Under the pieces are notes generated by a model. The model saw only the letters and a program-made list of their open reading frames with translations, did not search any database and had not been told where the DNA came from. This document shows positions 46,490-56,495 of a stretch of DNA of 64,000 bases, in pieces; within the stretch, counting starts at the first letter, position 1, and each line of letters opens with the position of its first letter. Source of the stretch: Candidatus Caenarcanales bacterium (lineage in GTDB: Bacteria; Cyanobacteriota; Vampirovibrionia; LMEP-6097); the NCBI GenBank assembly GCA_013216135.1, contig JABSOS010000005.1:140682-204681 (forward strand), in the 5' to 3' direction. Position numbers and translations under genes: made by a program.

Positions 46490-49333
46490 ATGGCTTTTAA
46501 ATCATACAAAAATGTGGAATATACTGTTAGTAGTAGCAAGAAAAATATTGATAAGAAATTAATACTTAAATTTCTTGCGATAATCATATATATTATTGTT
46601 AGTACTAATATGGCATTTATTAAAAGCAAGCCAAAATCTGAATTTGTAAAAAGCTCGCATGGTTTAGACGAGTATAAGCTTAGTAATGGTCTAAAAGTCT
46701 TACTGAAGCAAGATGTTAATGCACCACTGATTAGTTTCCAGGTATGGTATCGAGTTGGTAGCCGTAATGAACTTGGTAATGAAACAGGAATTGCTCACTA
46801 TCTCGAACATATGATGTTCAAAGGAACTGAGAATTTTAAGAAGGGTGAAATTGCTCAAGCTATTCAGCTTAAAGGTGGAATCTTCAACGCTTTTACTAGT
46901 TACGATTACACTGCTTATTATGAAAATTTTGCTCCTGAGAATTTAGAATTAGCTATTAAAATCGAGTCAGATAGAATGAGAAATTCTCGTTTGTCTCAAG
47001 AAGAAATTGATTTAGAGAGAAGTGTAATTATCTCTGAGCTTGAAGGTGGTGAAAATTACCCTACAACTCTTCTAGGAAAACAACTTAGAGCGACAGCTTT
47101 CCAGAAACATCCTTACCATAACCCGATTATTGGGTGGAAGAATGATCTTTATAACATCAATGAGAAGGTTATGAAAGAGTTTTACGATAAATATTATGCT
47201 CCTAATAATTCTTTCATTATGCTTGCAGGAAACTTTGATAAAGACTTAGCTTTAGATTTAATTGATAAGTATTTTGGTCACTATGAAGCAAATGAAGCTG
47301 CTCATCATGAAATCGCAGAGGAACCAAAGCAGCAAGAATCTAGGAAAACTACATTATATTATCCAGGACAGATGCAGCTTTTATCTATCGCTTTTCATAT
47401 ACCTGAGTTTGCTCACCCAGATGTTAAGGCTTTAAATATAATTGATGAGATTTTATTTAACGGTACGACATCCAGGCTGTATAAAAAGCTTGTAGACACT
47501 GGGCTTGCAGTTGATGTTAATGGTTATGCAGAATCTAACCGTGATCCAGCTCTTTATAAAATAGTTATTAATCTTAGTCCAGAAGCTGATGTTGATCAGA
47601 TAGAAAAAATCGTTGATGCAGAGCTTGAAGATATAAAGACTAATATCTCCAAGGAAGAACTTGCTATAGCAAGAGCAAGAGTTGAGTCTTCTGAAATCTA
47701 CCAAAAAGATGGAGTCTATGATGAAGCCCTTCAAATTGCTTACTTTGAAGTGATTACTGGTGATTGGGAAAAATATTTTACTTGGTATGAAGAGTTAAAG
47801 AAAATTAAAGCAAGTGATATTAAAAAAATTGCAAAGAAATATTTTACACCGAGCAACAAAACAGTTGCTGTGCTCCTTCCAGAGAAGGCAAGCGATAGCT
47901 TGATTGCAGTTAAGCCTACTGAAAGTAAGTCGCCTAAAGGTGATAAGCAATTTTATGGATCAGCTGTTGTGGAGCCTCTAGATGGTGCTAAGCTTGAAAG
48001 GCTTTTAGAGATTACAGCTCCTAAATATTCTAAAGGGAAAATCGATACAAAGTTTGAACTTGGTTTAAAAGAGCTGAAGCTTGATAAGTATCCTAAAACT
48101 CGCTTGGTATATAAGAAGGATGATTCTTTACCTTTGGTTTTCATCAAAATGTCCCTTTTTGCTGGATCTAATTTAGACGGAGACAAACCTGGTTTAGCTT
48201 ACATGGTAAGTGAGATGCTGGATAGAGGAACTAAGTCTAAGGATAAATTTGAAATAGCTGAAATACTTGAGCTTTTAGGTGCTGAAATAGAATTTGAGAC
48301 TGGAAGAGAAACTACTAGTGTTGAAATTTCTTCAATAAAGAAAAACCTAAATAAGGTTATGAGCTTATTTGAAGAGATTATTTCTGAGCCTGCTTTTTCT
48401 TCAGCAGAGTTAACAAAACTTAAGAAGGAATTGATTGAGACTGTTAAACAACAAGATGAATATCCTAGTGGTCTTGCTAAGCGTGAGCTTTTGAAAATGA
48501 TCTATCCTAAAGGACACGTTTTTTATTCATACAGTTCAGTTGAGAAAGTTAAGGCTATCGAGTCTGTGACTATAAAAGACATTGAAGATTTTTATCAAAG
48601 TCACTATGCTATTGAATCATTGAATCTTTCAGCTGTAGGTGATTTGAGTGAAGCTGAAGCTAAGTCCTTAACAACTAAGTATTTGTCTACATGGGATAAG
48701 AATATTGAGGTTATAAAACCTAGTGCTAAAAAAGTTAGTTTAAAAGAACCTAAGAAAAAGCATATTGTAAAAGAAGCTAAACAGCAGTCAGAGGCTTTTA
48801 TTGGACACATAGGTGAGATTTCAAGAAATGACCCTGATTTCTATCCTTTATTTATTGCAAACTTTGCACTTGGTGGTAGCCCACTTTCCTCTAAGTTAGG
48901 AACTAAAGTAAGAGATGAAAATGGTTTAGTTTATAATATTAGATCTTCTTTTTCAGCAGGAGTTACTCCTGGACCGTTTTATATTACTTTAGGAGCTAAT
49001 CCTGAAAATGTTGAGAAGGCTATTGATCTTGCAAAAGAAGCTGTATCAGAATTCCTTAAAACTGGAATTACAGAAACAGAGCTTGAAGCTACTAAATCTT
49101 TCTTAACAGGATCTTTTGCTGTTAGAAATCTTTCAAGTAATGATGATATTGCAGAAGTTGCTAAGCAAATTTTAGTCTATGACTTAGCTTTAGATTACCC
49201 TGAAAATTATTCTGAGATTATCAACTCGATAACTTTAGAACAGGTAAATGCAGCTGCTAGAAAATATATTCACCCAGAAAAGCTTTCTGTAGTTATAGTT
49301 GGTCCTCAATTTGACAAGAAAGCTCAGAAATAA
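46490..49333 (+). CDS. M16-family zinc peptidase, fused double-module (pitrilysin/PqqL-like)
   Basis: HYLEHMMFKGT (inverted HxxEH zinc motif) in the first half; second M16 repeat unit; 947 aa; N-terminal hydrophobic anchor. Confidence 0.8.
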   Translation: MAFKSYKNVEYTVSSSKKNIDKKLILKFLAIIIYIIVSTNMAFIKSKPKSEFVKSSHGLDEYKLSNGLKVLLKQDVNAPLISFQVWYRVGSRNELGNETGIAHYLEHMMFKGTENFKKGEIAQAIQLKGGIFNAFTSYDYTAYYENFAPENLELAIKIESDRMRNSRLSQEEIDLERSVIISELEGGENYPTTLLGKQLRATAFQKHPYHNPIIGWKNDLYNINEKVMKEFYDKYYAPNNSFIMLAGNFDKDLALDLIDKYFGHYEANEAAHHEIAEEPKQQESRKTTLYYPGQMQLLSIAFHIPEFAHPDVKALNIIDEILFNGTTSRLYKKLVDTGLAVDVNGYAESNRDPALYKIVINLSPEADVDQIEKIVDAELEDIKTNISKEELAIARARVESSEIYQKDGVYDEALQIAYFEVITGDWEKYFTWYEELKKIKASDIKKIAKKYFTPSNKTVAVLLPEKASDSLIAVKPTESKSPKGDKQFYGSAVVEPLDGAKLERLLEITAPKYSKGKIDTKFELGLKELKLDKYPKTRLVYKKDDSLPLVFIKMSLFAGSNLDGDKPGLAYMVSEMLDRGTKSKDKFEIAEILELLGAEIEFETGRETTSVEISSIKKNLNKVMSLFEEIISEPAFSSAELTKLKKELIETVKQQDEYPSGLAKRELLKMIYPKGHVFYSYSSVEKVKAIESVTIKDIEDFYQSHYAIESLNLSAVGDLSEAEAKSLTTKYLSTWDKNIEVIKPSAKKVSLKEPKKKHIVKEAKQQSEAFIGHIGEISRNDPDFYPLFIANFALGGSPLSSKLGTKVRDENGLVYNIRSSFSAGVTPGPFYITLGANPENVEKAIDLAKEAVSEFLKTGITETELEATKSFLTGSFAVRNLSSNDDIAEVAKQILVYDLALDYPENYSEIINSITLEQVNAAARKYIHPEKLSVVIVGPQFDKKAQK

Positions 49334-49799
49334 ACATCTCTATTTTATTTCTGTCTGTCATGAACCTTAAGCCAAGGGCGTCCCAAGTATAGATTATAGT
49401 GCTGGTATTACCTGCATCTACCCAGGCGTAAACTTTAAATGCTCCAGCATGAGCTTTTTCTATAACTAATTCAAAACTCGGTTCTATAGTTTCAAAAACT
49501 AGTTTATCCTGAGAATCATCATCTAAAAATTTCTCTATGTTTTCACGTAGTTGTTTGATTTCGTTTGTAGGACTGAGGTTTAAGCAAAATAACCCTTTCA
49601 CTTCTGAAGCTTCTTTAGCATCTGTATTAAAGCTTACAGTTTTCAAACCACTTTTGAATTCAAGGCTAAATCTTTGCCATAATTCATTTATTGATTCATC
49701 TTTGAAATTTTTACCGTGAAATTTTTCACCGAGATTCAAACTGAAGCTAACTTCAGAACTTGGATCTTTATTATCATCACTACAAACTAACTTTGCCAT
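49293..49799 (-). CDS. Hypothetical protein (168 aa)
   Basis: ORF overlapping the prmC stop by 20 nt. Confidence 0.45.
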   Translation of the reverse strand: MAKLVCSDDNKDPSSEVSFSLNLGEKFHGKNFKDESINELWQRFSLEFKSGLKTVSFNTDAKEASEVKGLFCLNLSPTNEIKQLRENIEKFLDDDSQDKLVFETIEPSFELVIEKAHAGAFKVYAWVDAGNTSTIIYTWDALGLRFMTDRNKIEMFISELSCQIEDQL

Positions 49800-50670
49800 A
49801 ACTGTTTACTAAGCCTATACGATCAAGACCTGAAAGGTCTTTTGTAATTTCAATATCAGGGAAGATTTCTTTTAATTTGTTACTTTGGCTTGCACCATAT
49901 TCAAACACGAAAAATCCATTTTCTTTTATTAAGCCAGAAAGTTGTTGTTTTAAGTATTCGTAGGGAAATCCAACCAAGGCGTGCTTTGGCTCATGGAATA
50001 ATTCTGCTTCTAAACTTTGATAATCTTCTTCACTTATATATGGAGGATTTGAAACTACAATATCAAAATATGGTGGTGGACCTTTTATAATAGGTAGTGC
50101 AATCGGAGACTTTAGGTGACCTAGAAACGGGTCTAGGTAATCTCCTAAAATGAAATTGATATCTAAATTATATTTATCAGCATTGATGGAAGCTACTTGA
50201 AGTGAAGCTTTAGAGATGTCTGAAGCGTAGACGGTAGCACTTGGTAAGGCTTTTTTTAAAGCTATAGCTATACAGCCAGAACCCGTTCCTATATCTAAAA
50301 TAGTAGCTTGCCTAATTTTTCTAACTTTTATCTCTTCTAAAACTTTTTCTACAAGGAGTTCTGTTTCTGGTCTAGGAACTAAAACATCTTTGTTAACAAA
50401 TAAATTTAAATCTAAAAATCTAGCTTCTTCTAATATATAGGCAAGTGGAATTTTTTCTTCATTTCTAATTTTAGTAATGTCTTTTATTTTTTGAATTTCA
50501 TTACTACTAATAAGTTCGTCAGCTTTAGTTATTATCTCTGAGCTATTAATATTTAAGACACTTTCTAAAATTATGCGTGCTTCAATTTTTGCTTCATCAT
50601 TTTGAAGCGAAGTTTCTAACCATTCTTTAGCATCTTGGATGGTTTTCATAGTTAAGGATATTAAATCCAA
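49780..50670 (-). CDS. prmC: Release-factor glutamine N5-methyltransferase
   Basis: ILDIGTGSGCIAIAL SAM motif and VVSNPPYI catalytic NPPY. Confidence 0.75.
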   Translation of the reverse strand: MDLISLTMKTIQDAKEWLETSLQNDEAKIEARIILESVLNINSSEIITKADELISSNEIQKIKDITKIRNEEKIPLAYILEEARFLDLNLFVNKDVLVPRPETELLVEKVLEEIKVRKIRQATILDIGTGSGCIAIALKKALPSATVYASDISKASLQVASINADKYNLDINFILGDYLDPFLGHLKSPIALPIIKGPPPYFDIVVSNPPYISEEDYQSLEAELFHEPKHALVGFPYEYLKQQLSGLIKENGFFVFEYGASQSNKLKEIFPDIEITKDLSGLDRIGLVNSYGKVSL

Positions 50671-50713
50671 AGGCTAATTTTATCACTTCTTATAAATCTA
50701 TCCCTTAAAAATG

Positions 50714-50750
50714 GAAAAGGCAGCTACCGTCGTAGCTGCCTTTATTTCTC
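50714..50750. terminator. Rho-independent terminator downstream of flgE (bidirectional hairpin)
   Basis: Perfect 9-bp stem GGCAGCTAC-cgtc-GTAGCTGCC (50718-50739) flanked by A/T runs on both sides. Confidence 0.55.
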
Positions 50751-50820
50751 CCTCTCCCAAAAATTTTATGTAACTGTAACTATTTCAAACTAGGTCAAGG
50801 AGGAAAATTAATAATTAGTA

Positions 50821-52329
50821 TTAAATATTCAAGATTGACTGTAGGATCTCATCTGAAATACTTATCGTTCTGGCACTTGCCTGCAATCCCCTCTGGAAGG
50901 CGATCATGTCGGAGAATTCTTCTGCGATATCGACGTTACCCATCTCTAAACCACCTGAGACTATCTGAGTGGAGTCTACCACCGGAGCAGATTTGTCACT
51001 TGGACCACCGAGTAAGGCTATTGAGGCAACACCCGAGTTCGGGGATTCAGTATAGAGTGAACTTCCCTTGGCGAGGAGACCATCATAGTTTCTAAAGTTT
51101 GCGAGTATAACTCTCCCAATGATCATCCGCTCAGAACTTGATCCGAAGATAGAGATGGAACCATCACCACCGATAGATACGTTTGCAACTGAGTTTTCAA
51201 TAGATGAATCTACAGTATAGAAGAAAGGCGGAACTTTAATCGGGTCAAATAGGTTCTGCATATCAATAGTTTTTAAAAACGGAACATCATCTTCACCGAT
51301 TGTAATCGTAGTACTTGTTTGAATGTCTGCAACACCAGCTCCTTGAGGACCAGGACCACCCCATGGCGCACCACCTGGTAATGTTAATGAACTACCTACA
51401 CCTGCTGCAAATGTAAATCCTGTAAATGCTTGTTCAAATCTAGTTACCCCTGGTTTCAATCTTAGGCGGAATTGAACTGCTTCACCTGTACCAGCTGTAT
51501 CCTGAAGTAAGAAGGTATTTGTTGCTGTACTTAAAGGAACTGATGGGTCGTATTCAAACTCATACCTTGAACCTACTGGTGTTGAACCTGTTTCATCATA
51601 TGCGATTACAAAGTTACCAAATGCATTCATTGTAAATTCAAGATTGCCAGCATCAGCTATATTAACAGGAGATGTAGGGTTTGTAATAGAGCCTCTAACG
51701 CTAAGTTCAGCAACTTGGCTAATATCAAATGAAGGTGATCCAGGACCAGCTGTACCAGTCAGATCGGGACCTGATGTTGTATTCATATTATAATTAAATT
51801 CGCCCGATGTACTGATATCTTGGTCTGTCCAATATGTTACACCAGTATAATTATCAATTGTTTTAGCTTCTCCCGTTTTATCATTAAAGAATGTAGCACC
51901 CATAATTTTGTTACCACCAGCTGTTACCATATTTCCAGCAGCATCTAAGTTAAAGTTACCGTTTCTAGTATAAAGAGTGTTTACTAAACCTTCTCCAGGA
52001 GCAGCACCTGTACTGACTACGAAGAAACCATCACCATTAATTGCTAGGTTTAAGTTCTGACCAGTATTTCTGATAGATCCTTGGTCAAAGATAGTTGCAA
52101 CAGATGCTAAGTCTACACCGGTACCGATTTCCATAGGGTTAGTACCACCAGTTCTAGTAGAAGGGTTACTACCATTTTTAAGAATAGTACCTACTGATTC
52201 TTGAAAAGCTACTTTGGTTTTCTTGAATGCAACAGTGTTAACGTTTGATAAGTTATTAGCTACTGTAGCTACTGCTTTTTGGTGCTCTGTTACACCTTTC
52301 GACCCTATAAATAATGAACTTAATGGCAT
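50821..52329 (-). CDS. flgE: Flagellar hook protein
   Basis: N-terminal flagellar rod/hook consensus (NNLSNVNTVAFK), C-terminal DIAEEFSDMIAFQRGLQASARTISISDEIL; 502 aa. Confidence 0.8.
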   Translation of the reverse strand: MPLSSLFIGSKGVTEHQKAVATVANNLSNVNTVAFKKTKVAFQESVGTILKNGSNPSTRTGGTNPMEIGTGVDLASVATIFDQGSIRNTGQNLNLAINGDGFFVVSTGAAPGEGLVNTLYTRNGNFNLDAAGNMVTAGGNKIMGATFFNDKTGEAKTIDNYTGVTYWTDQDISTSGEFNYNMNTTSGPDLTGTAGPGSPSFDISQVAELSVRGSITNPTSPVNIADAGNLEFTMNAFGNFVIAYDETGSTPVGSRYEFEYDPSVPLSTATNTFLLQDTAGTGEAVQFRLRLKPGVTRFEQAFTGFTFAAGVGSSLTLPGGAPWGGPGPQGAGVADIQTSTTITIGEDDVPFLKTIDMQNLFDPIKVPPFFYTVDSSIENSVANVSIGGDGSISIFGSSSERMIIGRVILANFRNYDGLLAKGSSLYTESPNSGVASIALLGGPSDKSAPVVDSTQIVSGGLEMGNVDIAEEFSDMIAFQRGLQASARTISISDEILQSILNI

Positions 52330-52347
52330 CTAGTCTTTTCCTTTTAT

Positions 52348-53115
52348 CTATCTAATTAATCCTATTGTGGTGTCAAGCATTTCATCTGAGGTTGTTGTTG
52401 CTCTTGATATTGCTTGGTATGATCTTTGTAATGTCATCAGATCTACTAATTCATCTGAAAGATCTACATTACTTCTCTCAAGTGCACCACTACTGATTCT
52501 GCTTGATGCAGTTGAGGAACCTGCTTGTAAAGCTGTTGAAAATATGGCATTACCTGATGAAGCTGTTTGGGTAAATAAATTTGAACCTATATTAGTTAAA
52601 CCTTCTGGGTTTGCAAAGTCAGCAAGCTGCACTTGATCTAAAAATACTGAGTCGTCATTTGCAAATTGAATTAAGATTTCTCCAGCTGGATTGATCCCAA
52701 ATGATGTCATATCTTCAGGGAAAGTAATTCTTCCACCACCGGAAGATAAAACATAGTTTCCATTCACATCTACTAGGTTTGATTCTGAATCAATATTGAA
52801 ATTACCGGTTCTAGTAAAGAACATTTCTCCAGTAGCATTTTGAACAGCGAAGAATCCATTACCAGTAATTGCCATATTGGCATTATTATCAGTAAACTCT
52901 AAACCACCTTGTGAAAAATCTGTTCCAGTTGATACTAGAAAAGAACCTGAATAAGATGTTCCATCCATTGTGTTTGTTTGAACATTCTCAAAGTTAAGTA
53001 GTCTCTCTTTGAAACCATGAGTACTAACGTTTGAGATATTGTCAGATATAACGCCTAAACCGTCTTGCACGTTTCTTAGTGATGATCCAGTAAAGCGAAT
53101 TGTACTTAAAGACAT
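52348..53115 (-). CDS. flgG: Flagellar basal-body rod protein FlgG/FlgF
   Basis: DNISNVSTHGFKE N-terminal motif and LSDELVDLMTLQRSYQAISRATTTSDEML C-terminal motif. Start placed at the internal MSLSTIR. Confidence 0.75.
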   Translation of the reverse strand: MSLSTIRFTGSSLRNVQDGLGVISDNISNVSTHGFKERLLNFENVQTNTMDGTSYSGSFLVSTGTDFSQGGLEFTDNNANMAITGNGFFAVQNATGEMFFTRTGNFNIDSESNLVDVNGNYVLSSGGGRITFPEDMTSFGINPAGEILIQFANDDSVFLDQVQLADFANPEGLTNIGSNLFTQTASSGNAIFSTALQAGSSTASSRISSGALERSNVDLSDELVDLMTLQRSYQAISRATTTSDEMLDTTIGLIR

Positions 53116-53252
53116 ATAATTACCTCTTGGTAATATATATTCTCTGAATCTTATGTTTTCCAACTATGCATTAAGTCTATTTAGAAAAGGCTAAATAGTT
53201 CTTAATCATGATAATTTAGGCTTAAATATTTTTTTGTACTAAATTTTTTAGT

Positions 53253-54332
53253 CTAAAAGCTTAAAAGACTCTCTCTTGCGATCTTATATTTCTCTAAGCG
53301 ACTGAGCTCGTAATCGTAGTTATGAAGGGCTGAGAGCCATTGGCCGTAGTTAGGGTTAGGTAAAACTATAAACTTATCTCCAAATTCATCGTGGAGTGTT
53401 TCCATTAGTCTATATCTGAATTGAGAGCTAGGATGTGCATCAAATATAGGACTAAAATCAATAAGATTATCCCCTAGAAGAAGTAGTATCTCGTAGTTTT
53501 CTGAAATTAATTTTCGTCTTATTTCTTTACTCGAGCTATTTTCTTTAAGAAGAATGTTTGATTTCTTTACTGGTATTTCTAGCTTTTTCATATTATCGAG
53601 GGTGGCATCTAAGTGTTTAATATGTCTATTACTTACATAAAAAATTTCAACTTTTTGAGGGTTTATAGAATCTAAAAAGGTTTTAGCACCTGGAATAGCT
53701 TCAGCTTCAGCAAGTTCAACCCAGTGATCCCATGCTTCAGAAGTATATTCATCCTGGTTTAAAAATAATTTAGCTTGGAAGGGAGAGTTATCAAGGACAG
53801 TTTCATCTAAATCAAGAATAATTGCTGCTTTCTTTGTGCTTTTCTTTTGAACAAGCTTTTGTTCAAGTTTTAGGCTTGCAATATTATAGGCTTGGTGGCA
53901 TAGTGCAGAATATTCTGCAGAGTTTTGAACCCATAGGATTCCATAATCTACTTGATGTTTAGAGAATTTTATATTTTCTAGACTGTGATGGTGTGAACTA
54001 GAGTCACCATGGTGGCTACTATGTCCATGCTTTTCATGGTCTTGTAATTCATGATGACTAGATAACTCATGGTCTTCGTCATGGTGACTATTATGACCAT
54101 GTTTAGGTGGACGACCTTTATAATGATCTTCTTCGTGGTGTTTATTACCGAAGTGATCACCGCTGTGATTTTTTTCTGCTTCTGATTCTTCAGTCTTTAA
54201 AATAGGTTTTAAAAACTCGATATTATAATCTTCAGCAATTTGAGCTAAATTCGATTTAAAGGGGAAATCGCAGCTAGTACTGAAACCGGCTATAAATGAG
54301 ATTACTAAGATAGAGATGAGCTTTCTAGGCAT
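53253..54332 (-). CDS. Class-B (e(P4)-type) HAD acid phosphatase lipoprotein with a His-rich N-terminal insert
   Basis: Lipobox (GFSTSC); about 60-aa His/Asp/Glu/Ser-rich segment (HGHNSHHDEDHELSSHHELQDHEKHGHSSHHGDSSSHHH); DLDETVLDNSPFQ ... YVSNR ... LLLGDNLIDF matches H. influenzae e(P4). Confidence 0.75.
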   Translation of the reverse strand: MPRKLISILVISFIAGFSTSCDFPFKSNLAQIAEDYNIEFLKPILKTEESEAEKNHSGDHFGNKHHEEDHYKGRPPKHGHNSHHDEDHELSSHHELQDHEKHGHSSHHGDSSSHHHSLENIKFSKHQVDYGILWVQNSAEYSALCHQAYNIASLKLEQKLVQKKSTKKAAIILDLDETVLDNSPFQAKLFLNQDEYTSEAWDHWVELAEAEAIPGAKTFLDSINPQKVEIFYVSNRHIKHLDATLDNMKKLEIPVKKSNILLKENSSSKEIRRKLISENYEILLLLGDNLIDFSPIFDAHPSSQFRYRLMETLHDEFGDKFIVLPNPNYGQWLSALHNYDYELSRLEKYKIARESLLSF

Positions 54333-54453
54333 GCATCTATATTATATAGCTAAGTCGCTAGATGAAGAAAAATTAAGTGATTTTACTATGTTTTAGATGT
54401 ACTAATAAATGTATTAACTTGTATAATTATAGAAAAATAATTGGATGTGAATT

Positions 54454-55347
54454 ATGGCTAAGTATGTTCAAGCTTTTGCTGATCAACAATTTGAGCGTTA
54501 TAATGACCTCGGCTCATTTGGTAATCCTACAGTTGTTAGGAAATCTGAAATTGTTCGTAACTCTGAAGGTGCTAATAATCTAGATGATATACAAGGTAGA
54601 CTCCCTATTAGTGAAAATCGTAATATTGTAAAAAAAATGTTACAACCAGTTATTGAAAATGATGGACTTCACAGCCCTTTAGATTTTGTAGATGAATTAG
54701 TTAAAGCATCCTCATCAATTGATGGTGAAGTTGAGAGATTCAGAAAAGGTTTACAGCTAGATATTCATACTAATATCCCGAATAAAAAATTAATAATTTA
54801 TCCCTTTGATAATAATAAAGCTATGTCTATTTTACTTAATCCACTAACTCAGCAATATCTTTTTTCATATAATATCGATAAGCAAATAGTTACATTTGAT
54901 TCCAGCGACTTTGAAGTTTCTTTTGATGATTTAAAGATGAAGCCACAGCTGAAAATTAAAAATAATGTTCCTGAACTTGAAGCATTATTAAAAGAGTTTT
55001 TTGTTCACACTGATCCTTTGAGCAATATAGATGCTTCAGGTAAAGATAAAGTAGGATTTGAAGGTCTAGAACTTACAAGTAATACTCCAATATCAGATAA
55101 AGAAAGGGCAGAACTTGCTAGTAGAGAACTAAAAGATATGATCTCAGCTTTTACCCAGATGAAATCAACTATTGATCAGGTGGAATATGATTCTTTTGCT
55201 CTACCCCACCCTTTTGATAAATCTAAAAAGGTGATTTTTGATATGAATGAGAATTTTAATGTTACTGCAGTTAAGGTTAGACCAATTTTATTAAGATTAC
55301 GCGAGCTCAATGATTCAGCCTTTAAACCAATGGTATCAATTTATTAG
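54454..55347 (+). CDS. Hypothetical protein (297 aa)
   Basis: ORF with no recognisable motif. Its stop abuts att-like repeat A. Confidence 0.5.
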   Translation: MAKYVQAFADQQFERYNDLGSFGNPTVVRKSEIVRNSEGANNLDDIQGRLPISENRNIVKKMLQPVIENDGLHSPLDFVDELVKASSSIDGEVERFRKGLQLDIHTNIPNKKLIIYPFDNNKAMSILLNPLTQQYLFSYNIDKQIVTFDSSDFEVSFDDLKMKPQLKIKNNVPELEALLKEFFVHTDPLSNIDASGKDKVGFEGLELTSNTPISDKERAELASRELKDMISAFTQMKSTIDQVEYDSFALPHPFDKSKKVIFDMNENFNVTAVKVRPILLRLRELNDSAFKPMVSIY

Positions 55348-55406
55348 TGAAAATTGGAGTCGGCAGCCCGCGTGACTCTCGAAGTCGCATGAAAAAGATT
55401 GAACCT
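55348..55406 (+). repeat. att-like repeat A: a copy (1 mismatch) of the 22 bp spanning the tRNA-Cys 3' end plus 37 bp shared with repeat B
   Basis: gtgaaaattggagTcggcagcc + cgcgtgactctcgaagtcgcatgaaaaagattgaacc; compare 59755-59776 and 59658-59712. Confidence 0.5.
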
Positions 55407-55490
55407 CGGTTCGGATCAGGCTGCTAGGTAACAAAGCTCTTAGTTGCTGGTTTTGAATCGCTGTTTTGTAGGGAGGAAGTTATATCTATC

Positions 55491-55961
55491 TATTAGTTCA
55501 CACTTCGAGATAATTCTAGCCACACACTTCCGTTGAAAACCAATCTCAGGGTATCTCCGCTGTTAAATGTGGAATCCGTATTGTTCTTTAAATTTATAAA
55601 ATCTAAAGCAGAATTGCTAGTTACAATTCCATTATCAACGAGAGTTATACCATTTGCTAAAAATACAATTGTAAGGATTTGACCTTTTTTACCATTTGTA
55701 AGCTTGCTTAAAGTTGGAGATTTGCATCTGATATTTCAATATAATTTGCACCACTAACATCTATTGAGTCACTTGAGGGAATAGTTTGAATTTCTTCTTT
55801 AATAGCAATTGGAGTTAGACCTGTTGTTGTAGCCATAGTTCCTGACTGTAAAATAACTGTTACATCAGAATTTGCACTGATTTTAATGTTTTTATCTCCA
55901 GAAATCTCAAGGTTTGCATCTCCGTTTGATAATTTTTCATTATCAGAATTGCTACTTCCAG
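55491..55961. repeat. 471-bp near-perfect direct repeat, copy 1 (carries a 3' gene fragment plus the downstream flank)
   Basis: Identical, apart from the mismatches I spotted, to 58447-58917 (offset 2956 bp). Ends of identity were checked by eye. Confidence 0.7.
55708..55961 (-). pseudogene. 3' gene remnant paralogous to the C-terminal approximately 84 codons of the 58664-59386 gene
   Basis: Same frame as copy 2 (…GSSNSDNEKLSNGDANLEISGDKNIKISANSDV…ISDANLQL*). Upstream of the divergence point the frame hits TAA at 56011-56013 with no Met. Confidence 0.5.
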
Positions 55962-56495
55962 TTTTCCCAGGATTTGAATGGAGTGGATCAGAAGAACTAC
56001 CAACTGCATATTAATAGCAGTTCTGAGCGTGGGGTAATAAACCTAAATTTACAAAATTACAAAAATGATTTTCACTTACGAAACTATCACCTTTACACAT
56101 AGCCTCTAGAATTTCTCTTTTTTCATTGGGCTTCAATAAGGTGAACTCTTCATTACTAGGAGATATAGCTAGCTCTGACGGTATCATAGATATTCCTAAA
56201 GCTAAAGGTAAAGACATAAGGTTTTTTACAATCGAAGGTATGCTTGTTATCTTAACTTATGGCTCGGTATTTTGTTTGATTTTGCATCTTAATTAATAAT
56301 AAGAAAAAGTATTTTATGGAAGGATACAATTGAATGAAGTGAAAATTGAGTATTATTGAGGATTTTCGTAGTTTTTGTATCCTTATACAGACTTTGTATA
56401 CTTTACTAGCTACTTAGTATATTTGATAAAGTAGGAACGCTACTGGTTGAGGAAGCTCTTTACTTAGCCTTAATATTTCTGGGACTAAGGTCTAT

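Noticed and set aside
55407-55490. Partial tRNA-like sequence next to att-like repeat A (gattgaacc..ggttttgaatcgctg)
   Set aside because: It resembles T-arm and anticodon-arm fragments, but no complete cloverleaf can be drawn. It is treated as a degenerate remnant within the att-like repeat, not a tRNA gene.
55914-56217. ORFs 55914-56102 (+) and 56011-56217 (-) in the repeat/fragment region
   Set aside because: They sit in a degraded gene-remnant region. No RBS and no motif; most likely non-coding debris.
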